Below are positions 1-9,343 of a stretch of DNA of 11,996 nt, one piece after another. Position 1 is the stretch's first letter. Each line of letters begins with the position of its first letter. Below the pieces are notes generated by a model that was not told the DNA's origin, searched no databases, and saw nothing but the letters and a program-made list of their open reading frames with translations. Location: positions 1-11,996 of the forward strand of contig NW_021826667.1 of NCBI RefSeq assembly GCF_006345805.1. The letters are read 5' to 3'. The position numbers were made by a program, and so were the translations under genes. Source of the stretch: Octopus sinensis (Eukaryota).

Positions 1-350
1 GTATGTATGCATGTATGTATGTATGTATGTATGCATGCATGTATGTATGTATGTATGTAATGTATGTATGTATGCATGTATGTATGTATGTATGTATGTA
101 TGTATGTACGTATGTATGTATGTATGTATGTATGTATGTATGTATGTACGTCGTACGTACGTATGTATGTATGTATGTATGTATGTATGTATGTATGTAT
201 GTATGTACGTATGTATGTGTGTATGTATGTATGTATGTATGCATGCATGCATGTGTGTATGTACGTATGTATGTGTGTATGTATGTGTGTATGTATGTAT
301 GTACGTACGTACGTACGTATGTACGTACGTACGTACGTACGTATGTATGT
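1..350. repeat. (TATG)n/(CATA)n microsatellite with TACG, TGCA and TGTG variant units; runs off the window start
   Basis: Direct reading: gtatgtatgc atgtatgtat..., drifting to (GTAC)n near 297-343. Confidence 0.98.
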
Positions 351-460
351 ATAGATGTCATTATTCAGCTTTATTTCAAGATTTCTTACCGAGTGAAAGA
401 AGGAGCCGAATTTTCACTTAGCTCCAAGACTCCTTCTCTGGATTTCAACACCGACAGGGT
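351..460 (-). mobile_element. Short unique cassette inside the (TATG)n array; probable 3' end of a non-LTR retroelement or SINE with a (CATA)n tail
   Basis: 110-bp non-repetitive insert with (TATG)n on both sides. Minus strand ends ...AAGAAATCTTGAAATAAAGCTGAATAATGACATCT and runs into (CATA)n. It carries a 10-bp stem (398-407 with 428-437, one G-U on the minus strand). Family and strand are inference. Confidence 0.5.
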
Positions 461-559
461 ATATTTGTATGTATGTATGTTTGTATGTATGTATGTATGT
501 ATATTTGTATGTATGTATGTATGTATGTATGTATGTATGTATGTATGTATGTATGTATG

Positions 560-590
<31 letters not shown>

Positions 591-650
591 GTGTGTGAGT
601 GTGTGTGTATGTCTGTCTGTCTGTTTGTCTATCTATCTATCTATCTATTT
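461..650. repeat. (TATG)n followed by (GT)n, (CTGT)n and (CTAT)n compound microsatellite
   Basis: Direct reading. Confidence 0.95.
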
Positions 651-794
651 ATGCGTCCGTTAGACTGTTTGCCTCCCTGATTCTATCCCTCTATAAAGTA
701 ACGTACTTGCATATATACGAATGAGCATCGAAATATAGTTATTTGTACAGTTTTATATTTTATTTAATTTAAGATGTTGAAGTGTATACGCATG

Positions 795-796
795 TA

Positions 797-832
<36 letters not shown>

Positions 833-904
833 TGTATGTATGTATGTATGTATGTACACACACACACACACACATAAACATATATATATATATAGGTATA
901 TATA
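795..904. repeat. Compound (TA)n-(TATG)n-(CA)n-(TA)n microsatellite
   Basis: Direct reading. Confidence 0.95.
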
Positions 905-1040
905 GGTGCCGGTGTAGCAGGTAAGGAGCTTGCTTCCCAACTCCGTGTTCAATCCTACTGCATGGCACCTTAGGCGAGTGTCTTTTACTATATGCTATGC
1001 GTGTGAATTTGGTAGACGGAATCTGAAAGAGGTCCGTCGT
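905..1040 (+). mobile_element. tRNA-head SINE, diverged and internally deleted copy of the family at 7510-7673
   Basis: Aligns block by block with 7510-7673: GTAAG(G/A)AGCTT(G/A)CTTCCCAA; TGGCACCTT(A)GGC(G/A)AGTGTCTTTTACTATA; TTTGGT(A/T)GAC(G/C)GAA..CTGAAAGA..(T/C)CCGTCGT. B-box-like GTTCAATCC at 947-955. Ends in (AT)n. Confidence 0.85.
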
Positions 1041-1174
1041 ATATATATGTTTTTCATACTTTACTAAGACAGTCGCAATGACTGAAACCGGTAGTAAAAT
1101 ATTCTCTATTTTAGCATTTCTACCTTGACTTATTTTCCTTATACATATCAACTCGTGTGTTCATTTTCACCCTT

Positions 1175-1175
1175 C

Positions 1176-1209
<34 letters not shown>

Positions 1210-1426
1210 CATACATACACATACATACATATATATATAGATATATTCATATATATATATACATATATATATATACATATATATATATAAATATAAATAG
1301 ATGACTGTATTTTTACCTTGTTAACAATTAACACGGAAAAATAATAAATAGTTACCAGGGCAGCAAAAACCTCGCAAGTAAAGGTGTTGATTACACCTGC
1401 GTTAACTCCATTTTTTATATCATATT

Positions 1427-1469
<43 letters not shown>

Positions 1470-1680
1470 TATATGTATATATATATATATGGATATACAC
1501 ATACATGCCTTTGACTATGTTTGTAAGTGACATATATAAATGTATATATCTTGACTTATTTGTGTATATATATATATATATACATGCAAATAAATACACA
1601 TATGTATGTGTGTATATATATTTATATATGTATATATCTATATGTATATGCATGCAGGTATGTATGTATATGTAAATCTA
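1175..1680. repeat. Degenerate (CA)n/(TA)n/(TATG)n low-complexity tract
   Basis: Direct reading, with short unique spacers. Confidence 0.85.
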
Positions 1681-1684
1681 TGCT

Positions 1685-1810
1685 CGTATCTGTTGAAGAG
1701 CGTAGGCTCGAAACGTAACGTAAAAGACTTTCTCACTTCCCGAGCAGCAAACCAATACACCTGCTTATTGTTTATACACCTGTTTTCGTCTTTCTTTTAT
1801 ATAAATTTCA
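1685..1810 (+). mobile_element. Probable Penelope-like element terminal-repeat fragment carrying a degenerate hammerhead-like motif
   Basis: CTGTTGA-A-GAGC(GTAG)GCTC-GAAACGTA at 1690-1717, then a pyrimidine-rich trailer ending at a (CTAT)n array. Penelope-like elements are known to carry minimal type I hammerheads with a palindromic ACGT stem III. Family assignment is inference. Confidence 0.5.
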
Positions 1811-1814
1811 TCTA

Positions 1815-1905
<91 letters not shown>

Positions 1906-1928
1906 CTATCTATCTATCTATCTATCTA

Positions 1929-1968
<40 letters not shown>
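1811..1968. repeat. (CTAT)n followed by (TA)n microsatellite
   Basis: Direct reading. Confidence 0.97.
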
Positions 1969-1971
<3 letters not shown>

Positions 1972-2319
1972 CTGCAGTTTTTAGGGTGCATAAACACATA
2001 TAAAAGTAGATACACATATATACATAACTACGTTCATACTCTATGTTGCTACCGCGTAACGGATGAAGCCCAAGAAATAGAAGGTAATTGCTGATATGAC
2101 TGGAAATCTTTCTTTACCAATACATACACGGATTCACATGTATGCACTTATGCAATAATTTGTGTGTGTGTATGTGTTTCTATGTGCTTGCGTGTGTATA
2201 TAAAGTTTGATGAAGCCAGTTTATGGAATTAATTTTATAGAATATACTACTCTATAACTTAGTGTACTATTTTGTATTTGTATTATCGACGATATATACA
2301 TACATTTATACATACATAC

Positions 2320-2320
<1 letters not shown>

Positions 2321-2392
<72 letters not shown>
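2321..2392. repeat. (TA)n-(CA)n-(TA)n compound microsatellite
   Basis: Direct reading. Confidence 0.97.
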
Positions 2393-2393
<1 letters not shown>

Positions 2394-2729
2394 TTGCTAA
2401 GATGATCTGGTTCTTGACTGATGACTGAGGGCTTCGAATGTCCCGTCCTGTGGTTCTTGTGTCGTCTCTGTGGTGTTTCATGTTCTTGTCCATGTCTGTA
2501 ATTATATTTTACTGTTTACCTATATATATATATATATATATCGTTGATATAACAATTGCGAAACTCTCTGAGTTATAGAGCAGTATGTAAATATGTATAT
2601 ATGCATATGTGTGTATGTATGTGTATGCTTATGTGTCAATGTCAGTTTTTATTTTTGTGTCTGCAGATTTATGATACATTGAAGCATTCAGTACTATTTC
2701 AAATATCAATAATTCATATATTCACACAT

Positions 2730-3168
2730 GAATATGTATATATGTGGTATGTATGTATGTATGTATTTATGTATATTGTATTATATGTTCACACAAGAAA
2801 TAGTGACCCACACACATACACACACGCATGCACGCACGCACGTACGCACGCACGTACGCACGCACAGACACTTATATATGCATATTCCTTCGTATGCATA
2901 CATATGTATATATATATATGGACACATACATACGCACACACACGCACACACACACACATACACACATACACACATATATATATATAATAGACACACGCGT
3001 ATACCTTCACGCATACGAAAATGTTTCGAGCCTACGCTCTTTGACGGAAAGGTATGAGCAGCAAAAAATGGTGAGAGAGAGAGAGAGAGAGGTAAAGAGT
3101 GTATGAGAGAGAAGAGGGAAAAATACTTGTCTCAATTAGCTGTTCTACAAATTGAAAAATTACATGCG

Positions 3169-3232
<64 letters not shown>

Positions 3233-3300
3233 ACATATACATACATACATTCACAAAGACATTCACACACACGCAGACACATGCCTAGGCACACAGACAC
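2730..3300. repeat. Mixed (TATG), (CA), (CGCA), (GA) and (TA) microsatellite-rich tract
   Basis: Direct reading: (CACG)-type units about 2820-2865, (GA)n 3073-3090, (TA)n about 3172-3235. Confidence 0.85.
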
Positions 3301-3454
3301 ACAACACAACGCGTGCCCCCCTATACATTGAAATATTTATATTTGAAACCCAACCTTTTAGGTAAGATCTTAATAATTTGGATGTACACACTTTATGCAA
3401 CGTAAGTTATTGCATTTATTTATTAATGTTGTTGTGGCTGTCGTTGTTGTTGTT

Positions 3455-3477
3455 ATAATAATAATAATAATAACAAT

Positions 3478-3523
<46 letters not shown>

Positions 3524-3555
3524 TAATAATGATAATAATAATAATAATAATAATG

Positions 3556-3619
<64 letters not shown>

Positions 3620-3630
3620 TAATAATAATG

Positions 3631-3710
<80 letters not shown>
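3455..3710. repeat. Long (AAT)n microsatellite, about 255 bp
   Basis: Direct reading, with a few AAC and GAT interruptions. Confidence 0.98.
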
Positions 3711-3711
<1 letters not shown>

Positions 3712-4265
3712 CCCTGATGCAGTACCAGACAATAGACTCTCATGGCTTCTAATCTTAACTCACTGGAAGTGTTATCATGTACATTGTTTTATTTTGGTAT
3801 AAAAGATGGGCTACAGCAAATATTCTGCTCAATACCACAGATTTGCTTGTCAGTTGTTTGACCTTAACCAGTTGAGCATGTCCCTTAGTGGCTGACGATA
3901 TGTGCATCTCTGATCACGAGCAGAAGTAGTTGGGGAGCATCATAGCCATGTGTTGAGAGGGATTCTTTGGGGTTTGGATAATTCACCTTTGGAAGAATAG
4001 GTGTATTGTTCAACATCCTTAAACAACCCTTATTCAGGGATCTTTTCAGCGGGATGTGCTACTCGACGAGAAGAAAATTCTAACTGGGCCCCACCTGCAA
4101 GGTCATGTGCTGTATATCGTGATATGAGATCACCATGTCGCGCACACATGGTTGTGATGCCTGTGCCTGGTGTACCCTTATCAGACGGGTAGTCATGATG
4201 GGTATACCGGGCTTCGTATATTTTACCCCAGTGTCACTTCGATGGCATGCACTGCTCTCTCACTC
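3711..4265. mobile_element. 555-bp non-coding interspersed element sitting in an (AAT)n array; family unassigned
   Basis: Sharp boundaries (AAT)n|GCCCTGATGCAG...CTCTCTCACTC|(AAT)n with the same repeat polarity on both sides, higher GC than the flanks, no credible ORF. I recall similar sequence as a high-copy octopus repeat but cannot verify that here. Confidence 0.6.
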
Positions 4266-4305
<40 letters not shown>

Positions 4306-4404
4306 TTAATAAATACTGTTATAATTATTATAATTATAATTATTATTATTATTATTATGATTATTATTATTATTATTATGATTTTATTATTATTATTATT
4401 ATTA
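4266..4404. repeat. (AAT)n switching to (ATT)n microsatellite
   Basis: Direct reading. Confidence 0.95.
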
Positions 4405-4405
4405 T

Positions 4406-4497
4406 GAAGGCAGGGAGCTGGCAGAAACGTTAACACGCCGGGTAAAATGCTTAACATTGTTTAGTCCATCTTTACGTTCTGAGTATAAATTCCGCCG
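4406..4497 (+). mobile_element. 5' tRNA-derived head of a second SINE family, 3'-truncated
   Basis: GAAGGCAGGGAGCTGGCAGAAACGTTAACACGCCGGG...GAGTATAAATTCCGCCG has A-box-like TGGCAGAAACG and B-box-like GAGTATAAATTCC at SINE spacing. It resembles, from memory, the head of the common octopus Nin-domain-type SINE; the central domain is absent here. Confidence 0.6.
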
Positions 4498-4615
4498 TGA
4501 TGATGGTGATGGTGATGGTGATGATGATGACGACGACGATGGTGGTGGTGGTGGGGGTGGTGGTGGGGGTGTGATGAAGATAATGGCGATGATGGTGATG
4601 GTGATAATGATGACA
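4498..4615. repeat. (GAT)n/(GAC)n/(GGT)n trinucleotide compound repeat
   Basis: Direct reading. Confidence 0.93.
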
Positions 4616-5206
4616 GTTATTTTTATTAATTTCTTAAAATTTTCCATTAGGACTAACGCATCATACCTTGTGATGATGTTCCCACATTCATGTTCTCGCA
4701 TAGCAGCATCATTCAAAGGAATACTACCCACAATTGGAAACTGAACCCTATTAACATATGTACATTCCACTTGCCGCATTCATATATTAACTCATGCTCA
4801 ACAATTATGATATTATCTTAATTCTTATTGTTGTCCTTTTCATGTTGCTGTTGTTGTGTTCTTCTTCTTCCTACCGTTGTTGTTGATGTTGACGTAGTTG
4901 ATGTTGTACTTTTAATTTATTGAGTTCCTCACTAAAGATTTGGTGTACCCCTAGAAGCGGATCAAAAATACAGTCTACCTGGGTCCAAAAACTTATTACG
5001 ATTTTGGAAAATGTTTTTTAAATTTTGAATACCAAAATTTATTGAAAAGATGGGACTTCAAAAAGCTCCTTATACCACCAGAAAAATCTGTCATCAATTC
5101 TTAGCCTTTGTATTCCCGTAATTTTCATCACCTTTATTACCACTGTACGTACGTACTTATATACGTATATATATTAAATATGTATGTATGTACGTGCGTA
5201 TGTATA

Positions 5207-7394
5207 CAGGCATACCTCACCCTACGTGGGTAATTGGTTCCAGGAGACACGACTTAAGTCAAATTAATTTGTCTCTTGGATAGGCCGAATTTAGTTGTCT
5301 CTAGGCGAAACCGATATTAACCATTCCCGATTCTGTGCTTTAATTATGAATGCATTTTCAATAATACATGGTTAATAAAATCCTATTTTATTTTTTCAAA
5401 CAAATAATTTTTATTTTTTAATATAGTAAAATATAAATAGTCTAAATTTACGAATGCAATTTGGCGGTGTTTATCGTACATCGCGGACGCTTTATTTATG
5501 AATGTGGTTTGCAATAAGACATGGTAAAATAAAAGCCTTTTTTGAGCATAAAAAACAAATTCAGTAAATATTAGTATTTTGCAATAGTGAAAAAAAAAAA
5601 GAAATTATTTAAAATTTACCAATACGTACATACAATTTGGTGGTTTACATCACGGATGTAGATGGCTGTGGATCTTCAACATCAACAGCTGACTCTGGCT
5701 GTTTTTGTTGTTCGATGCGCTTAAAAAACTGGTTGAGAGTTCCTTCAACTGTCTTCTTCTTTTCCTCAAAGATTACATTAGAAGGAGCAAAAGCTTCGTG
5801 ACATGACCCCATAATCATGGAAAGACGTTGAGAATTTGGATCTAGATCCCCAAACATAGAAAGGCCTTTTTCGATATAAGCAAATACTTGCTGCATTTTC
5901 TTAATGGCAAAGTGACGTGACTTTCTCTTCTTTATTTTGCTGCTCGTTAAGCTCTAACAAATCTTCGTTCGTCAGGGGCTGCTTGTCTTTTTCAAATAAA
6001 TCTGTGAAATCCTCCTCCTCCAAATCCATTTCCAGTTCTTTGCTTGTAGTCACCAACGTTTTGTTGATGCCAATATTATCAAATCTCTTAAAATCATTCG
6101 CGAATTGCGGGCATAGCTTCTTCCATACACCATTCACAGCCGTACTTTGTACATCCTTCCATGCCGCTGCTATGGTCTGTACTGTCTTGTAGGTATCGTA
6201 TATCTTCCAAAAGTCAGGAAGTGTGATGAACTCATCAAGATCAGTTGCAGATAATGTTTGCTGCGGCGTGCACTTCATATAGTATCGCTTGAAGATAGTA
6301 ATTATTCCCTTATCCATTGGCTGCAGAAGAGACGTGGTGTTCAGAGGGAGGTATACGATGGTAGCATTGGGGTTAAAATCTACGATGTTTTGTGGGTGGC
6401 CAGAAGCATTATCTAAGATAAATAAAATCTTAAAAAGAGTCCCCTTCACCTTATAGTACTTCTCTGCTGCTGGGATAGAAGGATTGAAGAACCAATCTTC
6501 AAAAGCAGCAACAGTAACCCATGTTTTTCAATTAGCCATCCATATAACAGGGAGAGAGGCCTTGAGTATGTCCTTCAGGACACGGGGTTTGTGTGCCTGA
6601 TACGTAAGCAATGGCTTTAACTTAAAATCTCCTGCACAATTATCTCCCAACAGAATGAGCACACGTTCTTTAAAGACCTTGTAGTCTGGAATAGTTTTCA
6701 CCTCCTTGGAACTTTAATGAACGGTTTGGCAATTTTTTTACATTACAATCCAGTTTCATGTACTTTAAAAATCTGTTCGGGAAGAAGTCCATTTTCTTCG
6801 ATGATTTTCTTTAATGCATTAGGAAATTCCACTGCTGCTTGTTCGTCAGTTGATGCACTTTCACCGTGCTCTTTAATGAACCAGCGTTATAGCATGACGC
6901 TTAACACTTACACTATGAAATTTCTTAGGAGCCATGGAGCTAAAAAATAAAGTCACAACGGAATGAGTATGAGAAAGTAGCCGATAAACAGACGTAAATA
7001 AATCTGAATTCAAAACAATCGCGGGAATCTCAAATGACAACATCTAATGGTAGATATTGTAGCTACAGTGCAATATGAGCTCCGAAAGATCAATAAATAA
7101 GACAATACAGCTGATCTCATGATTTCGTTCACTAAGCTGCACTACTTTATGGTGTGTATCTTAACATTTACTGTACATATTTTTATATGATTTTATATGC
7201 TTTAATCCTTCTTTACTGAACAGTAACAGGATTTTATGTGCTTTTAACAGTTTTCTAGTGATTTTATGATTCCAATATTTATGGTGGACAGACATAAAGT
7301 TGAGTAAAATGACTTAACTTTATTTTTATTTTACCATAGATTATTCTTGAAAACCGACGTAAAATCGAAAACGATTTAAATCGAGGTATGCCTG
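5207..7394 (-). mobile_element. Tigger (pogo, Tc1/mariner group) DNA transposon with both ends present, internally deleted and non-autonomous
   Basis: Perfect 12-bp TIR: CAGGCATACCTC (5207-5218) and GAGGTATGCCTG (7383-7394), with TA on both sides (5205-5206, 7395-7396). Palindromic subterminal motifs GACTTAAGTC (5251-5260) and CGATTTAAATCG (7372-7383). Encloses a DDE_1-type transposase remnant. Confidence 0.95.
5645..6935 (-). pseudogene. Tigger/pogo transposase pseudogene (DDE_1 family, DD32D spacing)
   Basis: Hand translation: start MAPKKFHSVSVKRHAITL (ATG at 6935); then IKEHGESASTDEQAAVEFPNALKKIIEENGLLPEQIFKVHETGL* (first Asp changed to His); frameshift; KERVLILLGDNCAGDFKLKPLL...LPVIWMAN*KTWVTVAAFEDWF...KILFILDNASGHP...YLPLNTTSLLQPMDKGII (32 residues between the second and third Asp); acidic tail; frameshifted C-terminus ending at 5645. 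At least two internal stops and two frameshifts after the N-terminal deletion. Confidence 0.93.
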
Positions 7395-7467
7395 TATATA
7401 CATAGAGAGTGTGATTAATAATTCCTGGCTCAGTAAAAGAATAAGGTAAATTTTCAACAAGTATGCA

Positions 7468-7468
7468 T

Positions 7469-7509
<41 letters not shown>
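7468..7509. repeat. (TA)n microsatellite
   Basis: Direct reading. Confidence 0.95.
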
Positions 7510-7512
<3 letters not shown>

Positions 7513-7669
7513 CAGGCCGTGTGGTAAGAAGCTTACTTCCCAATCACATCGTCCAAGATTCAGTCCCACTGCGCACTGCGTGGCACCTTGGCAAGTGTCT
7601 TTTACTATAGCCTCGGGCTGACCAAAGCCTTGTGAGTGGATTTGGTTGACCGAAACTGAAAGAAGCCCG

Positions 7670-7673
<4 letters not shown>
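7510..7673 (+). mobile_element. tRNA-head SINE, near-complete copy, with a (GT)n tail to about 7745
   Basis: Same family as 905-1040. B-box-like GATTCAGTCCC (7557-7567), central GGCACCTTGGCAAGTGTC, 3' end CTGAAAGAAGCCCGTCGT followed by (GT)n. Has a 7-bp tandem duplication CACTGCG (7567-7580). Confidence 0.88.
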
Positions 7674-7744
<71 letters not shown>

Positions 7745-7745
7745 G
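7674..7745. repeat. (GT)n microsatellite (SINE tail)
   Basis: Direct reading. Confidence 0.97.
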
Positions 7746-8659
7746 CGTATAAGTACACACATACGTAGACGCACACAGACATATTCTTTTAACCAAGTTT
7801 CTTTGTCACGCCACTCGAATTTCTTACCACTATGACCTCGCCTGAAATTGCAGTGATGTGAATCTCGAAACACGGAAGTGAAGTTTGAATAACCACTATA
7901 TTTCACAACACGTATTTGTTACTGTCTTCCTATTTCATTAATAAAATAGTTCATTTGTGCATAAGTAGATGACACTCACGCACACATGCTTATGTTTGTT
8001 CATTGAAACCGGTGATGGCTTTGCATTTATGGGTCTTGTGAGTACTGTGTATACTGTACCTCGCATATTCCGTCACCAGGTTTTACATGATATATATGCA
8101 CATCCTGTACATTTCAAAGCTTTGTGACCGATGGGAAGTGTGGACATTTAGTTAGAGATATCCAGGTTAAATTTTTTATATATATATTCCTTCTTACGTC
8201 CATTGCCATAGCTGTCTTCCTTATGTTTTAAAACCCGCTATTTTAACATTGCAAAAGAAGCAACACCAACATCTTGAAAGAAAGTTGGTGCTGCTTCTCA
8301 GGAGTTGATCCTAACGTAGCTAGCCGTAAAGCATCCAACCTAGAGTCACCTGGGTTTGAAATGCGCAATGCTCATCTGGAAACATCTCAGTTGATATTTT
8401 GTAATACTGATTCAATAATCGAAGATTGATTCGTCAGAGAATTTGTATGGGCGTGTTCTTATCTAACCATAAAACTGAAAGGATTTTTTTGAAGTGTAAA
8501 ATTCATCAGAGGTTGAAAAAGTTTTAATGTGTTAGCTTTGCATAATCCAAGTCGCATAATTATACAATTGAATAACATACGCAATGTAGTAGACATGAAC
8601 ACTTCTATCTGTCCCCCTATATATATCTCTCTCTGTATGTCTTTATATACACACAGATG

Positions 8660-8663
8660 CTCT

Positions 8664-8700
<37 letters not shown>

Positions 8701-8885
8701 TTATACGTCAGATAAAACAGAAGAAAACTGCTTCAGGAAAATTAATTTATATGGAAATTGTGACAAAGTGTCATTTTATTTACTCTTTCTAACACTTTAT
8801 ATGTATATATACACATATGTATATATCATTGGTGCACACACACACACATACATACACACACACATACACACACATATATATATAA
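8660..8885. repeat. (CT)n-(CA)n and (CA)/(TA) microsatellites separated by an AT-rich spacer
   Basis: Direct reading. Confidence 0.85.
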
Positions 8886-8957
8886 ACATATCGTTGTGTC
8901 ATTTAATTAGTCATTTAAAAATACGGAAATAAAATTCATTTATTTATTTATCTGTCT

Positions 8958-9089
8958 ATCATGATCATGATCATGATCATCATCCATCATCATCATCGTC
9001 ATAATAATAATAATAATAACAACAACAATAATAATAATAATAATAACAACAACAATAATAATAACAATAATAATAATAATAATATTATT
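8958..9089. repeat. (CAT)-type repeat followed by (AAT/AAC)n microsatellite
   Basis: Direct reading. Confidence 0.95.
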
Positions 9090-9312
9090 ATTCAGACAAA
9101 TACATTCAGACAAATATATAACAAAAACCACCAGGACTTACAAACACATATAACATACAGAAAATTGCACTACTAGGCACTGCACACATCCTACGCAGAA
9201 CACTTTCCATACAATAACCATAAGAGCATCACAACAAATCACAGCACATACTCAAGGCACACAGAGCTGCGCCTCGGTAGTAAAGTGAAAGCACGCTATA
9301 AAAATAAAACTA

Positions 9313-9315
<3 letters not shown>
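9090..9315 (+). mobile_element. 5'-truncated R4/Dong-like non-LTR retrotransposon 3' end (copy A)
   Basis: Encodes PGLTNTYNIQKIALLGTAHILRRTLSIQ* (stop 9215-9217), the C-terminus typical of R4-clade restriction-like endonuclease ORFs. About 100 bp of 3' UTR ends AAAACTACTG and runs into (AAT)n. About 7 differences from copy B over about 215 bp. Confidence 0.85.

Positions 9316-9343
<28 letters not shown>

Noticed and set aside
2058-2110. CGGATGAAGCCC as another hammerhead core
   Set aside because: No closing stem II, no correctly placed GAAA, and no stems I or III.
3-3743. Many 60-195 aa ORFs such as MYVC-repeats, YIYI-repeats, poly-I and poly-Y
   Set aside because: Translations of (TATG)n, (TA)n, (CA)n and (AAT)n microsatellites, which lack stops in some frames; no coding signal.
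4540-4572. G-rich GGT/GGGGG tract as a G-quadruplex element
   Set aside because: Only two runs of three or more G; it is part of a trinucleotide repeat with no sign of function.
4001-4779. ORFs overlapping the 555-bp cassette, SINE head and (GAT)/(GGT) repeats, including a poly-Pro/Ser and a poly-Gly/Asp ORF
   Set aside because: Short, low-complexity, and crossing unrelated repeat boundaries.
4930-5105. Possible fragment of another DNA-transposon-like repeat just left of the Tigger
   Set aside because: Looks vaguely familiar but shows no TIR pair, target duplication or coding motif in the window.
5901-6449. 182-aa ORF as an intact or domesticated transposase gene
   Set aside because: It begins at GTG in mid-domain; upstream are stops, a frameshift, a first catalytic Asp changed to His, and no DNA-binding domain.
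5917-6950. Plus-strand ORFs 5917-6192 and 6717-6950
   Set aside because: Antisense shadows of the transposase pseudogene.
905-7673. SINE heads (905, 4406, 7510) as genuine tRNA genes
   Set aside because: Only degenerate A/B boxes, no cloverleaf, and they continue into SINE body sequence.
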